Shown: positions 10,761 through 20,475, numbered from the stretch's first letter. The stretch: 64,000 nt of DNA from an uncultured Holophaga sp. (GCA_963664825.1 OY761614.1:800001-864000), one strand, 5' to 3'. Numbers and translations: made by a program. The notes: generated by a model from the sequence alone, not told the origin.

Positions 10761-11516
10761 ATGGGCCATTCCATCTGGATGGCCGCCCTGGGAGCCAGCC
10801 TGGTCACGGGCCTGGGAGGCGTGCTTCTAGCAGCCCTGGCCCTGACCCTCTCGGATCGCCTCCTGAAGGCCGTACTGCCGCTGGCCGTGAGCTTCGCCAC
10901 CGGCAGCCTGCTGGCGGCGGCCTTCCTGGATATGCTGCCCGAGGTGTCCCTGGCCCTTCCGGGCCAGCGAGGTTTCCTGGCGGTGCTCGCTGGGATCCTC
11001 CTCCTGCACATCCTGGAGCGCCTCCTGCTGTGGCGGCACTGCCACGAATCTCACTGCGGCCTGCATCCCAGCACGCGCCCCATCGTCTTGTTGGGGGATG
11101 GCCTCCACAACTTCGTGGATGGCCTAGCCATCGCGGCGGCCTTTTCGGTGTCCTGGGCCACGGGCCTGGGCATCACGCTGGCGATCCTGGCCCACGAGAT
11201 CCCCCAGGAGCTGGGGGACTTCGCGGTCCTGCTTCAATCCGGCATGAGCCGGGGCAACGCCCTCCGATGGAATGCCGCCATCAGCCTCACGTCGGTGCTA
11301 GGCACCCTGCTGGGCCTGGCCGCCCTGGGCTGGGGCAGTCATCTCCAGCCCTATGCCTTGGCCCTGGGCGCCGCCAGCTTCCTCTACATCGCCCTGGGGG
11401 ATCTCCTGCCCGCCCACCGCGTCCCGGGCACCCTGCGCACCTTCGCCAGCCGCCTCGCCTGCATGGGAGCCGGTGTGGCCTTCATCGCCTGGACCGTCGC
11501 CTGTCATCACGGCTGA
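10761..11516 (+). CDS. ZIP-family divalent metal transporter
   Basis: HNFVDG and HEIPQELGDF metal-site motifs; His/Cys-rich loop HCHESHC. Confidence 0.92.
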   Translation: MGHSIWMAALGASLVTGLGGVLLAALALTLSDRLLKAVLPLAVSFATGSLLAAAFLDMLPEVSLALPGQRGFLAVLAGILLLHILERLLLWRHCHESHCGLHPSTRPIVLLGDGLHNFVDGLAIAAAFSVSWATGLGITLAILAHEIPQELGDFAVLLQSGMSRGNALRWNAAISLTSVLGTLLGLAALGWGSHLQPYALALGAASFLYIALGDLLPAHRVPGTLRTFASRLACMGAGVAFIAWTVACHHG

Positions 11517-11628
11517 GACGCATCTCCCTCCAAATTCAGGACCCGCCGGATCCAGAGGCTGGAACGCAGGAGCCCCGAGAGGACTCCAAGGGTTAGGGGA
11601 TGCCAAGGGTTCCCCCCAGGAGGTCATC

Positions 11629-12123
11629 ATGATCAGTCCGAAGATGCAGGACGCCCTCAACGCCCAGATCAATGCCGAACAGTATTCGGCCCAACTCTAC
11701 TTGGCCATGAGCGCTCATTGCGATGCCAAGAGCTTCAAGGGGTTCGGGTCCTGGCTGCGGGTCCAGGCCTCCGAGGAGACGCTCCACGCCGCCAAGCTCA
11801 TTGATTTCCTGCTGGATCGCGGCGGCAGGCTGGAACTCAAGCCCATCCCGGCTCCCCCCATGGAGTTCGGCGGCGTGATCCAGGTCTTCGAACAGACCCT
11901 GGCCCACGAGAAGGGCATCACCACCAAGATCAACGCGCTCTTCGAGCTGGCCAGGAACGAGAAGGACTTCGCCAGCGAGATCACCCTCCAGTGGTACGTG
12001 AGTGAGCAGGTGGAAGAGGAATCCAATGTGGGCCAGGTCCTGGAGCACCTCCGGGCCGTGGGCGACCAGGGCGGCGGCATCTGGTACCTGGACGGCAAGA
12101 TGGGCAAGCGGGGCAAGGCCTAA
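11629..12123 (+). CDS. ftnA: Non-heme ferritin
   Basis: MISPKMQDALNAQINAE...YLAMS...EETLHA...HEKGIT...LQWYVSEQVEEE ferroxidase residues; GGAGG RBS. Confidence 0.92.
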   Translation: MISPKMQDALNAQINAEQYSAQLYLAMSAHCDAKSFKGFGSWLRVQASEETLHAAKLIDFLLDRGGRLELKPIPAPPMEFGGVIQVFEQTLAHEKGITTKINALFELARNEKDFASEITLQWYVSEQVEEESNVGQVLEHLRAVGDQGGGIWYLDGKMGKRGKA

Positions 12124-12130
12124 GCCTCTA

Positions 12131-12175
12131 TCCAAAACAGGGCGGGGCCGCGTTGCGGCCCCGCCCTGTTTTGGA
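12131..12175. terminator. Bidirectional intrinsic terminator
   Basis: Perfect 21-bp inverted repeat TCCAAAACAGGGCGGGGCCGC/GCGGCCCCGCCCTGTTTTGGA between convergent genes. Confidence 0.9.
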
Positions 12176-12184
12176 TGAAGAAAA

Positions 12185-13027
12185 CTATTTCTTCGGCCTC
12201 CACATCGCGCCCTCGAAGCTCAGGTAGAGGAAGATGGCCCGCTCCCCCTTGCTGGGACCGACGCCGATGGGCACGGAGATGCCGGGGACGATCTGGAGGC
12301 CATTCCTGAAGTTGAGGGCAAAGCGCAGGCCCGGATTGATGTAGAAGCTGTTCACCCGCGCCTTGAGGCCCGGACCGGCCACCACTTCGCCGCTATTGAA
12401 GGCGAATTCCAGCATGGCATTGGCATTGGGATGGGCCAGCCAGACGAAACTTTGGCCGATGTTCCAGGCGCTGAGATCGGCCTTCTCCCCTGCGGCATTC
12501 TTGGCCCCGGGCGTGTAGGTGGCGCCCAAGTTCCAGTGGGTCACGAAGGTCTTCGACAGCGCCACGCTGATGGGCAGATTGACCTGGTAGCCCAGGGCCC
12601 CGTTGCCCCTCAGCTGTTTCTCGTCTCCCGTGGGCAGGATCAGCGAAAAGCGGGGGGCCACGGCGATGGCTGCGTCCCCGTTCCCCAGCAGCTGGTAGCG
12701 GTAGTTGAGCACCACATCCCCGAGAGCCCGCTTGCCGTCCAGGGAGGCCTCCATGCGCTGGTAGGGCAGGGTGAAGCTGAGCTGGTGGGTCTCATCAGGC
12801 ACGGGCCATTCCTGGGTGAAGGTGTAGATCCAGTCCTTGCTCTGGCGGTACCGGGTGAAGGCGCTGATGTGCTGGACCACGCCCGGTTCCTGGTTGTAGG
12901 CCTCCTCCAGCAGGAAGGAGTTGTCCTGGATCGCCTTTGCTTCGGTTTGAGGGGCCTCCTGGGCCCCCAGGGCCAGGCAACCCACGAGGCAGGCTGGGGT
13001 GAGGAAGTGAAAGGAGAAAGGCGTCAT
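12185..13027 (-). CDS. Putative outer-membrane beta-barrel/transporter protein
   Basis: Signal peptide; IQDNSFLLEEAYNQEPGVVQHI block; amphipathic beta-strands. Confidence 0.7.
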   Translation of the reverse strand: MTPFSFHFLTPACLVGCLALGAQEAPQTEAKAIQDNSFLLEEAYNQEPGVVQHISAFTRYRQSKDWIYTFTQEWPVPDETHQLSFTLPYQRMEASLDGKRALGDVVLNYRYQLLGNGDAAIAVAPRFSLILPTGDEKQLRGNGALGYQVNLPISVALSKTFVTHWNLGATYTPGAKNAAGEKADLSAWNIGQSFVWLAHPNANAMLEFAFNSGEVVAGPGLKARVNSFYINPGLRFALNFRNGLQIVPGISVPIGVGPSKGERAIFLYLSFEGAMWRPKK

Positions 13028-13061
13028 GGAATTTCCTATGTGAGAAGGTTGGCATTACTGA

Positions 13062-13076
13062 TGAGATTGAGTCTCA
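13062..13076. promoter_or_regulatory. Second Fur-family-like 7-1-7 operator
   Basis: TGAGATT-G-AGTCTCA inverted repeat ~35 bp upstream of the 13027 start. Confidence 0.5.
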
Positions 13077-13219
13077 CTCGAAACGCATTTTTTCGCAAGC
13101 CCCCGAAGGGAGCCGCTCTGCTCATTCCATCGGCCTCCTGGCCCATGCTTCTAAGAAGCATCCCATTGGGCTAATCTGGAGGGAGGCATCGTAAATCGAT
13201 GCACCATGGAGTCGAACGC

Positions 13220-15109
13220 ATGCGCCTTCCGATCCGAGCCCTCGGCCTGAGTTCCATCGCCCTCCTGATCTCCGTCGCCGCCCGCGCCGACGAAGGCATG
13301 TGGACCTTCGACAACCTGCCCATGAAGCAGATGAAGGCGAAGTTCAACTTCGAGCCCAGCCAGGCGTGGCTGGACCATGTGCGCCTCTCCGCCCTGCGCA
13401 TGTCCGGGGGCAGCGCCTCCTTCGTCAGCGCCGACGGTCTCGTGCTCACCAACCACCATATGGGCCACGGCGCCATCCAGCAGGTCTCCGACAAGGACCA
13501 CGACTACGTGAAGAACGGCTTCGTGGCCAAGACCCGGGAGGAGGAGAAGAAGGTCCCGGGCCTGTCCATGTTCACCCTGATGGAGATGGAGAACGTCACC
13601 GCCCAGGTGGACAAGGCCGTGAAGCCCGAGATGGACGAGCAGCAGGCGGCCGCCGCCCGCAAAGAGGCCTTCGATAGGCTCGTGAAGGAGCAGACCGAAC
13701 ATACGAAGCTGGCATGCGAGCCCGTAAGCCTCTACCAGGGGGGCCAGCTCTGGATCTACCGCTACAAGAAGCACGAGGACGTGCGCCTGGTGATGGCCCC
13801 CGAATACGATGTGGCGGCCTTCGGCAAGGACTGGGACAACTTCACCTGGCCTCGCCATGATCTGGACTTCAGCCTCTTCCGCATCTACGAAAACGGCAAG
13901 CCGTACAAGCCCGCACACTTCCTCAAATTGGCCCAGCAGGGCGCCGCGTACGGCGACATGACCTTCACCGTGGGCCATCCCGGCCGCACCAGCCGCCTGA
14001 TGACCCTGGCCCAGATGGAGGCCGACCGGAATGCCTTCGGTCCCCTGCGCATCAAGACCCTGGATCGCGCCCGCAGGGGGCTTCATGCCTACGCCGCCCA
14101 GGGCGAGGAAGAAGCCCGCCAGGTCTCGGCCCAGATCATGGGCACGGAAAACGCTTACAAGGTGACCGTGGGTGACACTGCGGGGCTCCAGGACAAGGCC
14201 GCCATGGCCCGCGTCGCGGCCGCCGAGAAGGAACTGCGGGAGAAGGTGGCCGCCGATCCCACCGTCAAGGCCCTGGCCGGGGATAGCTGGACCAAGATCG
14301 AGGAGGCCCTGCAGGTCACCACCTCCCTGACCAAGGAGATGACCGCCATCGGCCAGCTGAGCCGGGCCGCTTCCACCCTCAAGCGCGCCGGGGACAAGCC
14401 CCTGCCCCCTTCGGCCCGCGTCTCCCTTCTGGTCTCCATCCAAGGCATCCGTGAGGATCTGGGCGCCGAGCATCCCCTGGTGAAGGCCCTCTTCCAGGAC
14501 AAGACCGACGAAGCCGTGCTGAACACCCTGAAGGGCGGCCTGCCTGAGGACTTCCAGAAGGCCGCCAAGGAGCTGACCCAGCGCCATCAGGCCGCCCAGG
14601 CGATCATCTCCGAACACCAGGTGCGCATCGCCAAGGCCCGTTTCGCGGTCTATGGCGCCTCCACCTACCCCGACGCCACGGGCACCCTGCGTCTCAGTTA
14701 TGGAACCATCGAGACCTACCCCATGGTGGGCACCCTGGCCCAGCCCTTCACCACCTTCGCCGGACTCTTCGACCGCGCCAGCGCCTGGGGTCCCAAGGCC
14801 GAGGAGGGCTCCTGGGCCCTGCCCTCCCGGTGGCTGCAGCGCCGGGACAAGCTGGACCTGACGACGCCCTACAACTACATCACCACCAATGACATCACCG
14901 GCGGCAACTCCGGCAGCCCCATCGTGGACCGCCAGGGCGAAGTCATCGGCCTGGCCTTCGATGGCAACATCGAGAGCCTGCCCGGCCGCTACTACTTCGA
15001 TGGCCGCGCCAACCGCACCCTCTCCGTGGATACCCGAGCCATCGTGGAAGCCCTCGGGAAGGTCTTCGACGCGCCCCACTTGGTGAAAGAGCTCAGGGGT
15101 CAGAAGTAG
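13220..15109 (+). CDS. S46-family dipeptidyl peptidase (paralog 1)
   Basis: Signal peptide, DEGMW, TNHH, DFSLFR, TGGNSGSP, FDGN. Confidence 0.92.
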   Translation: MRLPIRALGLSSIALLISVAARADEGMWTFDNLPMKQMKAKFNFEPSQAWLDHVRLSALRMSGGSASFVSADGLVLTNHHMGHGAIQQVSDKDHDYVKNGFVAKTREEEKKVPGLSMFTLMEMENVTAQVDKAVKPEMDEQQAAAARKEAFDRLVKEQTEHTKLACEPVSLYQGGQLWIYRYKKHEDVRLVMAPEYDVAAFGKDWDNFTWPRHDLDFSLFRIYENGKPYKPAHFLKLAQQGAAYGDMTFTVGHPGRTSRLMTLAQMEADRNAFGPLRIKTLDRARRGLHAYAAQGEEEARQVSAQIMGTENAYKVTVGDTAGLQDKAAMARVAAAEKELREKVAADPTVKALAGDSWTKIEEALQVTTSLTKEMTAIGQLSRAASTLKRAGDKPLPPSARVSLLVSIQGIREDLGAEHPLVKALFQDKTDEAVLNTLKGGLPEDFQKAAKELTQRHQAAQAIISEHQVRIAKARFAVYGASTYPDATGTLRLSYGTIETYPMVGTLAQPFTTFAGLFDRASAWGPKAEEGSWALPSRWLQRRDKLDLTTPYNYITTNDITGGNSGSPIVDRQGEVIGLAFDGNIESLPGRYYFDGRANRTLSVDTRAIVEALGKVFDAPHLVKELRGQK

Positions 15110-15126
15110 TTCCCAATTTAGGTAGG

Positions 15127-15161
15127 GAAGGCCGCGGAGAAGCCTCTTTTCCGCGGCCTTC
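15127..15161. terminator. GC-rich hairpin between S46 paralogs 1 and 2
   Basis: GAAGGCCGCGGA/TCCGCGGCCTTC 12-bp stem. Confidence 0.55.
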
Positions 15162-15191
15162 GCGCTCTGCTCAAGGTTTCCCGGAGATCCC

Positions 15192-17246
15192 ATGCGCCGA
15201 TCCGCCCTCATGCTCCTGCTGGCCCTGCCCGTCCTCCGCGGCGAGGAGGGCATGTGGACCTTCGATAATCTGCCCTTGAAACAGTTCAAGGCCGCCTGCG
15301 GCTTCGAGCCCACCCGAGCCTGGCTCGACCATCTGCGGCTCTCCAGCCTGCGCTTCCCCGGCGGCAGCGGCTCCTTCGTGAGTTCCGAAGGCCTCGTGCT
15401 CACCAATCATCATGTGGCGAGAGGCTTCATCCAGCGCCTCTCCACCCGGGAGCGGGATCTCCTCAAGGAGGGCTTCGTGGCGGCCAACCGGGACCAGGAG
15501 CTGAAGGTGCCCGGCCTGGAGCTGATGCAGCTGGTGGATATGCAAGACATCACCCAACGCGTCGCCCAGGCGGTGGGGAAGACCGAAGCCGAGAAACTCC
15601 GCGCCCAGGCCCTGGAAGTGCAGAAGGCCCGGGAGGAACTGCACGGGAAGACCGGCCTCACCGTCGAACCCGTCACCCTCTACCAGGGTGGGGAGACCTG
15701 GCTCTACGTCTACCGCAAGTTCACGGATGTGCGCCTGGTGATGGCGCCGGAGCTCTCCGTGGCGCGCTTCGGGGGCGACTTCGACAACTTCACCTTCCCG
15801 AGGCACCACCTGGACTGCGCCCTGCTGCGCGTCTACGAGAAGGGCCAGCCCTTTCATCCCGCACACCATCTCCAGTGGACCCGGCAGAACCTGAAGCTGG
15901 GGGATCCGGTCTTCGTATCGGGCCACCCCGGCACCACCAGCCGCCTCTGGACCCTGGCCCAGATGCGCCACGCCCGGGACTTCGCGACCCCCTTGCAGAT
16001 CCATTCCATGGAGCGCCGCCGGGCCGTGCTGGAAGCCTTCGCCCATCGCAGCTTCGAGGCTCGGGCCCTGGTGGGCGGCCAGATCTACGGCATCGATAAC
16101 GGCCTGAAGGCCACCAGGGGCTATCTGGCGGGCCTCCGGGACCCTGAAGGCATGAAACAGGTGGAGGAGGCCGAAGCCAAGCTGAAGCAAGCCGTGATGG
16201 CCGATCCGCAGCTGAGGGCCGAGGCCGGTGGGAGCTGGCATAGCCTCGAACAGGCCCTCCAACGGGAGGAAGGCCTGTCTAAAGAAAACCTCCTGATCAA
16301 CGCCCGGGGTTCCGAGCTGTTGGCCGCCGCCCTCAGCCTGGTGCGCGTCCCGTTCGAGCGCGCCAAACCCGAAAAGGATCGCCTCCCCGAATTCTCCGAA
16401 GCGGGCCTGAAGGCCCTCCAGGAGCGCCTGAGCCGACCCCGGCCCATCCCCTTCAATCCGGAGCTGGAGATCCATCTCCTCACCGAGGGTCTCAAGGAGG
16501 CCCAGGAGGTGCTGGGTCCCCAGCATCCCTTCGTGAAGGCCATGCTGGGTGGCCTCCAACCCGAAGCCGCGGCCCGCCAGGCCGTACAAGGCAGTGGCCT
16601 CCAGGATCCCGCGGAAGTGAAGCGCCTCCTGGAGGGCGGCCCGGATCATGGCGACGCGATGCTCCGGCTGGCCCGCCTCCTGGATCCCTTCCAGCGGGAT
16701 CTGCGGAAGCGCAACGAAGAACAGGTGGAGGGCCCCATCCGTGAACACGCCGCCCGCCTGGCCCGGGCCCGCTTCCAGATCTACGGCAAGTCCGCCTACC
16801 CCGATGCCACCTTCACCCTGCGGCTTTCCTACGGAAGGGTGGATAGTTACCCCGCCAACGGCACCATGGTCCAGCCCTTCACCACCGTCGGCGGTCTCCT
16901 GGATCGCTTCGAGGGCTGGGGTGGCACGCGCTTCAACCTCGAGCGGGAGAGCTGGCGCCTGCCGGAACGCTGGCTGGCGCGGCGGGACAAGCTGGACCCG
17001 GCCACCCCTTACAACTTCGCCAGCACCGTCGACATCATCGGCGGCAATTCCGGAAGCCCCATGGTGGACCGTCAGGGCGAACTGGTGGGCCTGGTCTTCG
17101 ATGGCAATATCGAGAGCCTGCCCGGCCGCTACTACTACGACGGCCGCATCAACCGCACCGTCAGCGTGGACGCCCGGGCCATCCTGGAAGTGCTGACGAA
17201 GGTCTATGACGCCCCCCACCTCGTCCGGGAACTCACCGCCCGCTGA
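15192..17246 (+). CDS. S46-family dipeptidyl peptidase (paralog 2)
   Basis: EEGMW, TNHH, DCALLR, IGGNSGSP, FDGN. Confidence 0.92.
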   Translation: MRRSALMLLLALPVLRGEEGMWTFDNLPLKQFKAACGFEPTRAWLDHLRLSSLRFPGGSGSFVSSEGLVLTNHHVARGFIQRLSTRERDLLKEGFVAANRDQELKVPGLELMQLVDMQDITQRVAQAVGKTEAEKLRAQALEVQKAREELHGKTGLTVEPVTLYQGGETWLYVYRKFTDVRLVMAPELSVARFGGDFDNFTFPRHHLDCALLRVYEKGQPFHPAHHLQWTRQNLKLGDPVFVSGHPGTTSRLWTLAQMRHARDFATPLQIHSMERRRAVLEAFAHRSFEARALVGGQIYGIDNGLKATRGYLAGLRDPEGMKQVEEAEAKLKQAVMADPQLRAEAGGSWHSLEQALQREEGLSKENLLINARGSELLAAALSLVRVPFERAKPEKDRLPEFSEAGLKALQERLSRPRPIPFNPELEIHLLTEGLKEAQEVLGPQHPFVKAMLGGLQPEAAARQAVQGSGLQDPAEVKRLLEGGPDHGDAMLRLARLLDPFQRDLRKRNEEQVEGPIREHAARLARARFQIYGKSAYPDATFTLRLSYGRVDSYPANGTMVQPFTTVGGLLDRFEGWGGTRFNLERESWRLPERWLARRDKLDPATPYNFASTVDIIGGNSGSPMVDRQGELVGLVFDGNIESLPGRYYYDGRINRTVSVDARAILEVLTKVYDAPHLVRELTAR

Positions 17247-17259
17247 TCTTGGAGTCTCC

Positions 17260-19347
17260 ATGCGCATTTCCATCCTCGCCGCGACCCTTGTCATGGCCCT
17301 GCCCTCGCTGCGTGCCGACGAAGGCATGTGGACCTTCGATAACGTGCCCGTGAAGCAGATGCAGGCCAAGTACGGCTTCACCCCCAGCGCCCCCTGGCTG
17401 AAGCATCTCCAACTGGCCACACTGCGCTTCCCAGGGGGCACGGGCTCCTTCGTGAGCGCCGAGGGTCTGGTCATTACCAACCATCACGTGGGCCGCAGCT
17501 CCATCGCCCAGGTATCGAGCGCCCAGGCCGATTTCATCAGGAACGGCTTCATGGCCGCCAGCCGCGAACAGGAAATCCGGGTGCCCGGCCTGGAACTCAT
17601 GATGCTGGTCGCCCAGGAGGACGTGACGGCCCGGGTGAACGCCGCGGTGAAGCCCGGCATGAATGAGGCGGAGGCCCTCAAGGCCCGGCGGAATGCCCTC
17701 AGCCGATTCCGGAAATCGGAGGAAGCCAAGAGCGGCCTCACCTGCGAACCGGTCACCCTCTACCAGGGGGGCGAATACTGGATTTACAGCTACAGGAAGT
17801 TCACCGACGTGCGCCTGGTGGCCGCGCCGGAGCTCCAGGTGGCCAGCTTCGGCGGCGATCCCGATAACTACACCTACCCCCGCTGGAACCTGGATTTCAG
17901 CCTCTTCCGCGTCTACGAAAACGGCAAGCCCTACAGGCCCCAAGCCTTCCTGCCCTTCACCCACACCCCCCTGAAGGCCGGAGATATCACGCTCATCTCC
18001 GGCCACCCGGGCACCACCTTCCGTCAACAGACGCTGGCCCAGATGATCTACGCCCGGGATCTGGGCATCCCGTACCGCCTGAAGTCCCTGGATCACCAGA
18101 AGCGCGCCCTCCAGGCCTTCGCGGCCACCGGCAGCGAGGCCAACCGCATCGCCTCCGATGCCATCTATGGCATCGAGAACGGCTACAAGCGGCTCTCGGG
18201 CCAGCTCCTGGGCCTTCAGAAAATTGAGAACCTCCGCAGGGTCGAAGAGGCCGAAAAGAACCTGAAGGCCGCCGTCTCCCGGGACCCCCAGCTCCAAGCA
18301 AGAGTGGGCCAGAGCTGGGCCACCATCGAAGGGGCCGTGAAGCGCCAGGAGGCCCTCCTCAAGGAATCCAGCCTCATCGATGCCCGGGGATCGGTCCTGC
18401 TGGGCCAGGCCCTCACGCTGGTGCGGATCTTCGAAGAAGGGGCCAAGCCCTCAGAAAAGCGCCTGGCGGAATTCAGCGAGGGCAGCCTCAAGGCCACCCG
18501 GGATCGCCTGCTGAACCCGCGCCCAACGCCCAAGGCGCTGGACGAGGCCCGCCTGGGGGCGGGTCTGCGGGAGGCTCAGGAGGAACTGGGCGCGGAGCAT
18601 CCCTTCGTGAAGGCCATGCTGGGGGGCCGCAGCCCAGAGGCGGTGGCCAAGACCGTCATCGAAGGCACCCAGATCCACGAGGTGGCCTTCCGCCAACGGC
18701 TCCTGGAGGGCGGCAAGACCGCCGTGGAGGCCAGCCAGGATCCCCTGATTCGCCTGGCTCGCATCCTGGAGCCCTTCCACCGGGCCATTCGTCGGCACGT
18801 GGAAGAAGAGATCACAGGCATCTTCAACGAGCATGGCAGCCGCATCGCAGAAGCCCGCTTCAAGATCCAGGGCAAGGAATGCTATCCCGACGCCACCTTC
18901 ACCCTGCGCCTCAGCTTCGGCCCCGTGGCCACCTACGCCACCGGCAGCGGCACCAAGGCCCAGCCCTTCACCACCTTCCTGGGCCTCTACGACCGCAACC
19001 TGGGCTGGGGAGGCAATGCCGCGGCGGCCGAAGACGGTGCCTGGACTCTGCCTCAGCGGTGGCTGGACCGCGAAGGCCGCCTGGATCTCGCCCTGCCCTT
19101 CAACTTCATCTACAACTGCGACACCGTGGGGGGCAACTCCGGCAGCCCGGTGGTGAACGCCCAAGGCGAATTCGTCGGCATCAACTTCGATAGCGTCTTC
19201 GAAGGCCAGGGCGGCTACTACGTCTACGACGCCGATACCAAGCGGGCCGTGGCGGTAGACGCCCGCGCCATCCTGGAGAGCCTCCGCAAGATCATGGACG
19301 GCGAGCACCTTGTGAAGGAACTTGGATCCGCCTCGGACGCGAAATAG
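17260..19347 (+). CDS. S46-family dipeptidyl peptidase (paralog 3)
   Basis: DEGMW, TNHH, DFSLFR, VGGNSGSP, variant FDSV; GGAG RBS before ATG 17260. Confidence 0.92.
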   Translation: MRISILAATLVMALPSLRADEGMWTFDNVPVKQMQAKYGFTPSAPWLKHLQLATLRFPGGTGSFVSAEGLVITNHHVGRSSIAQVSSAQADFIRNGFMAASREQEIRVPGLELMMLVAQEDVTARVNAAVKPGMNEAEALKARRNALSRFRKSEEAKSGLTCEPVTLYQGGEYWIYSYRKFTDVRLVAAPELQVASFGGDPDNYTYPRWNLDFSLFRVYENGKPYRPQAFLPFTHTPLKAGDITLISGHPGTTFRQQTLAQMIYARDLGIPYRLKSLDHQKRALQAFAATGSEANRIASDAIYGIENGYKRLSGQLLGLQKIENLRRVEEAEKNLKAAVSRDPQLQARVGQSWATIEGAVKRQEALLKESSLIDARGSVLLGQALTLVRIFEEGAKPSEKRLAEFSEGSLKATRDRLLNPRPTPKALDEARLGAGLREAQEELGAEHPFVKAMLGGRSPEAVAKTVIEGTQIHEVAFRQRLLEGGKTAVEASQDPLIRLARILEPFHRAIRRHVEEEITGIFNEHGSRIAEARFKIQGKECYPDATFTLRLSFGPVATYATGSGTKAQPFTTFLGLYDRNLGWGGNAAAAEDGAWTLPQRWLDREGRLDLALPFNFIYNCDTVGGNSGSPVVNAQGEFVGINFDSVFEGQGGYYVYDADTKRAVAVDARAILESLRKIMDGEHLVKELGSASDAK

Positions 19348-19381
19348 GCTACTCTTGATCCATCAGGCGCGGTTTCCGTCC

Positions 19382-19410
19382 TTGACCCTCTTTGAATCTG
19401 CAGGCAGAAT
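19382..19410 (+). promoter_or_regulatory. Sigma70-like promoter for tRNA-Lys/tRNA-Glu
   Basis: TTGACC-17 nt-CAGAAT, 24 nt before tRNA-Lys. Confidence 0.5.
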
Positions 19411-19434
19411 ATCCTTTCGTGCCGTCCACGGCAT

Positions 19435-19510
19435 GGGCCCATAGCTCAGTCGGTAGAGCAGCGGCCTTTTAAGCCGTTGGTCGCGCGTTCAAGTCGCGCT
19501 GGGCCCACCA
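19435..19510 (+). tRNA. tRNA-Lys(UUU)
   Basis: Cloverleaf: GGGCCCA/TGGGCCC acceptor, anticodon loop CTTTTAA, GTTCAAG T-loop, encoded CCA. Confidence 0.97.
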
Positions 19511-19522
19511 GATCCTCCCCAT

Positions 19523-19597
19523 GGGGCTATCGTCTAGGGGTCAGGACACCGCCCTTTCACGGCGGTAACACGGGTTCAAATCCCGTTAGCCCTACCA
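19523..19597 (+). tRNA. tRNA-Glu(UUC)
   Basis: GGGGCTA/TAGCCCT acceptor, CCGCC-CTTTCAC-GGCGG anticodon arm, GGTTCAAATCC, CCA. Confidence 0.97.
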
Positions 19598-19612
19598 GTA
19601 AACAAAGCACTT

Positions 19613-19635
19613 AGGCCCGGGAAACCGGGCCTTTT
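19613..19635 (+). terminator. Intrinsic terminator after tRNA pair
   Basis: AGGCCCGG-GAAA-CCGGGCCT followed by T run. Confidence 0.8.
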
Positions 19636-19715
19636 GCCTGCCAAGTCAAAATGGAGTCAAAAACCCCTTCCCGAACCGGGCCGTTCCCTCCCGAACCGGA
19701 ATGCACTCCAAGGCT

Positions 19716-19946
19716 TCACTTTTCCAACATGGTGCGCTGTTCCCTCAAGAGCCGATTCAGCCCCTTCATGAGTTCCCGCCATTCGGCCCGCTTGCCCCCC
19801 TTCCAGGCGTTCCGGGATGCGGCGGCCTTGCCTTCCCCGCTCTTCGGCCCCGTGGATCGTGCCCAGGGCTTCCAGCGCCGAATGGCCTCAGCTTGCTTTG
19901 CTCTTCGTTCGGGTGTCCACCCTGAGTCGCCAACTAGGGCTCGCAT
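19716..19946 (-). CDS. Small basic protein with STGPK-x2-EGK motif (HGGxSTG-like, mobile-element associated)
   Basis: WTPERRAKQAEAIRRWKPWARSTGPKSGEGKAAASRNAWKGG; start uncertain (19946 or 19970). Confidence 0.55.
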   Translation of the reverse strand: MRALVGDSGWTPERRAKQAEAIRRWKPWARSTGPKSGEGKAAASRNAWKGGKRAEWRELMKGLNRLLREQRTMLEK

Positions 19947-20058
19947 AGGGACATCAATCTGTCCTGCCATAGTCACGCTCCTATTTGTCGCGCTAAGCTC
20001 AACTTGCCTGCGCCGCATCAACGAAGCTACCGTGCCGCAAGGCAAGCAGGGAGAAAGC

Positions 20059-20475
20059 GTGCCAACGGATTTCCAGAATGCACATGAACGTCATTGGGAT
20101 GATGCGGAACGACTGTTCCAGGCTCAGCGCTGGGCCAATGCGGACCACCTCTATGGTTTGGCAGCCGAATGTGGGCTAAAGCGACTCATGCAGGCTTTCG
20201 GAATGCAGCTTGATCCAGTGCAGGGTCGGCCCATCTGCGACAGGGACGCCAAGCATGCCGATGCGGTTTGGCGGCGCTTCGAAACCTATCGTGGCAGGCA
20301 TGCCCAGGGCATTGGATACGCTCTACCGACCCAAAACCCGTTTGCCAACTGGAACGCCTCCCAACGCTATTCGCCGCAGGGTGACTTCACCGAGGCCATC
20401 ACCCAAGAACACCAAGACGGTGCCCGTATAGTTTGGGCCCTGGTCAGGAGAGCCGTATGCGAGGGGCTGATATGA
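20059..20475 (+). CDS. HEPN-like protein
   Basis: GTG start after AGGGAG; DAERLF...ADHLYGLAAECGLK helix, central KH and WxxxxRY, as in HEPN (PF05168-type) domains; 138 aa. Confidence 0.65.
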   Translation: MPTDFQNAHERHWDDAERLFQAQRWANADHLYGLAAECGLKRLMQAFGMQLDPVQGRPICDRDAKHADAVWRRFETYRGRHAQGIGYALPTQNPFANWNASQRYSPQGDFTEAITQEHQDGARIVWALVRRAVCEGLI

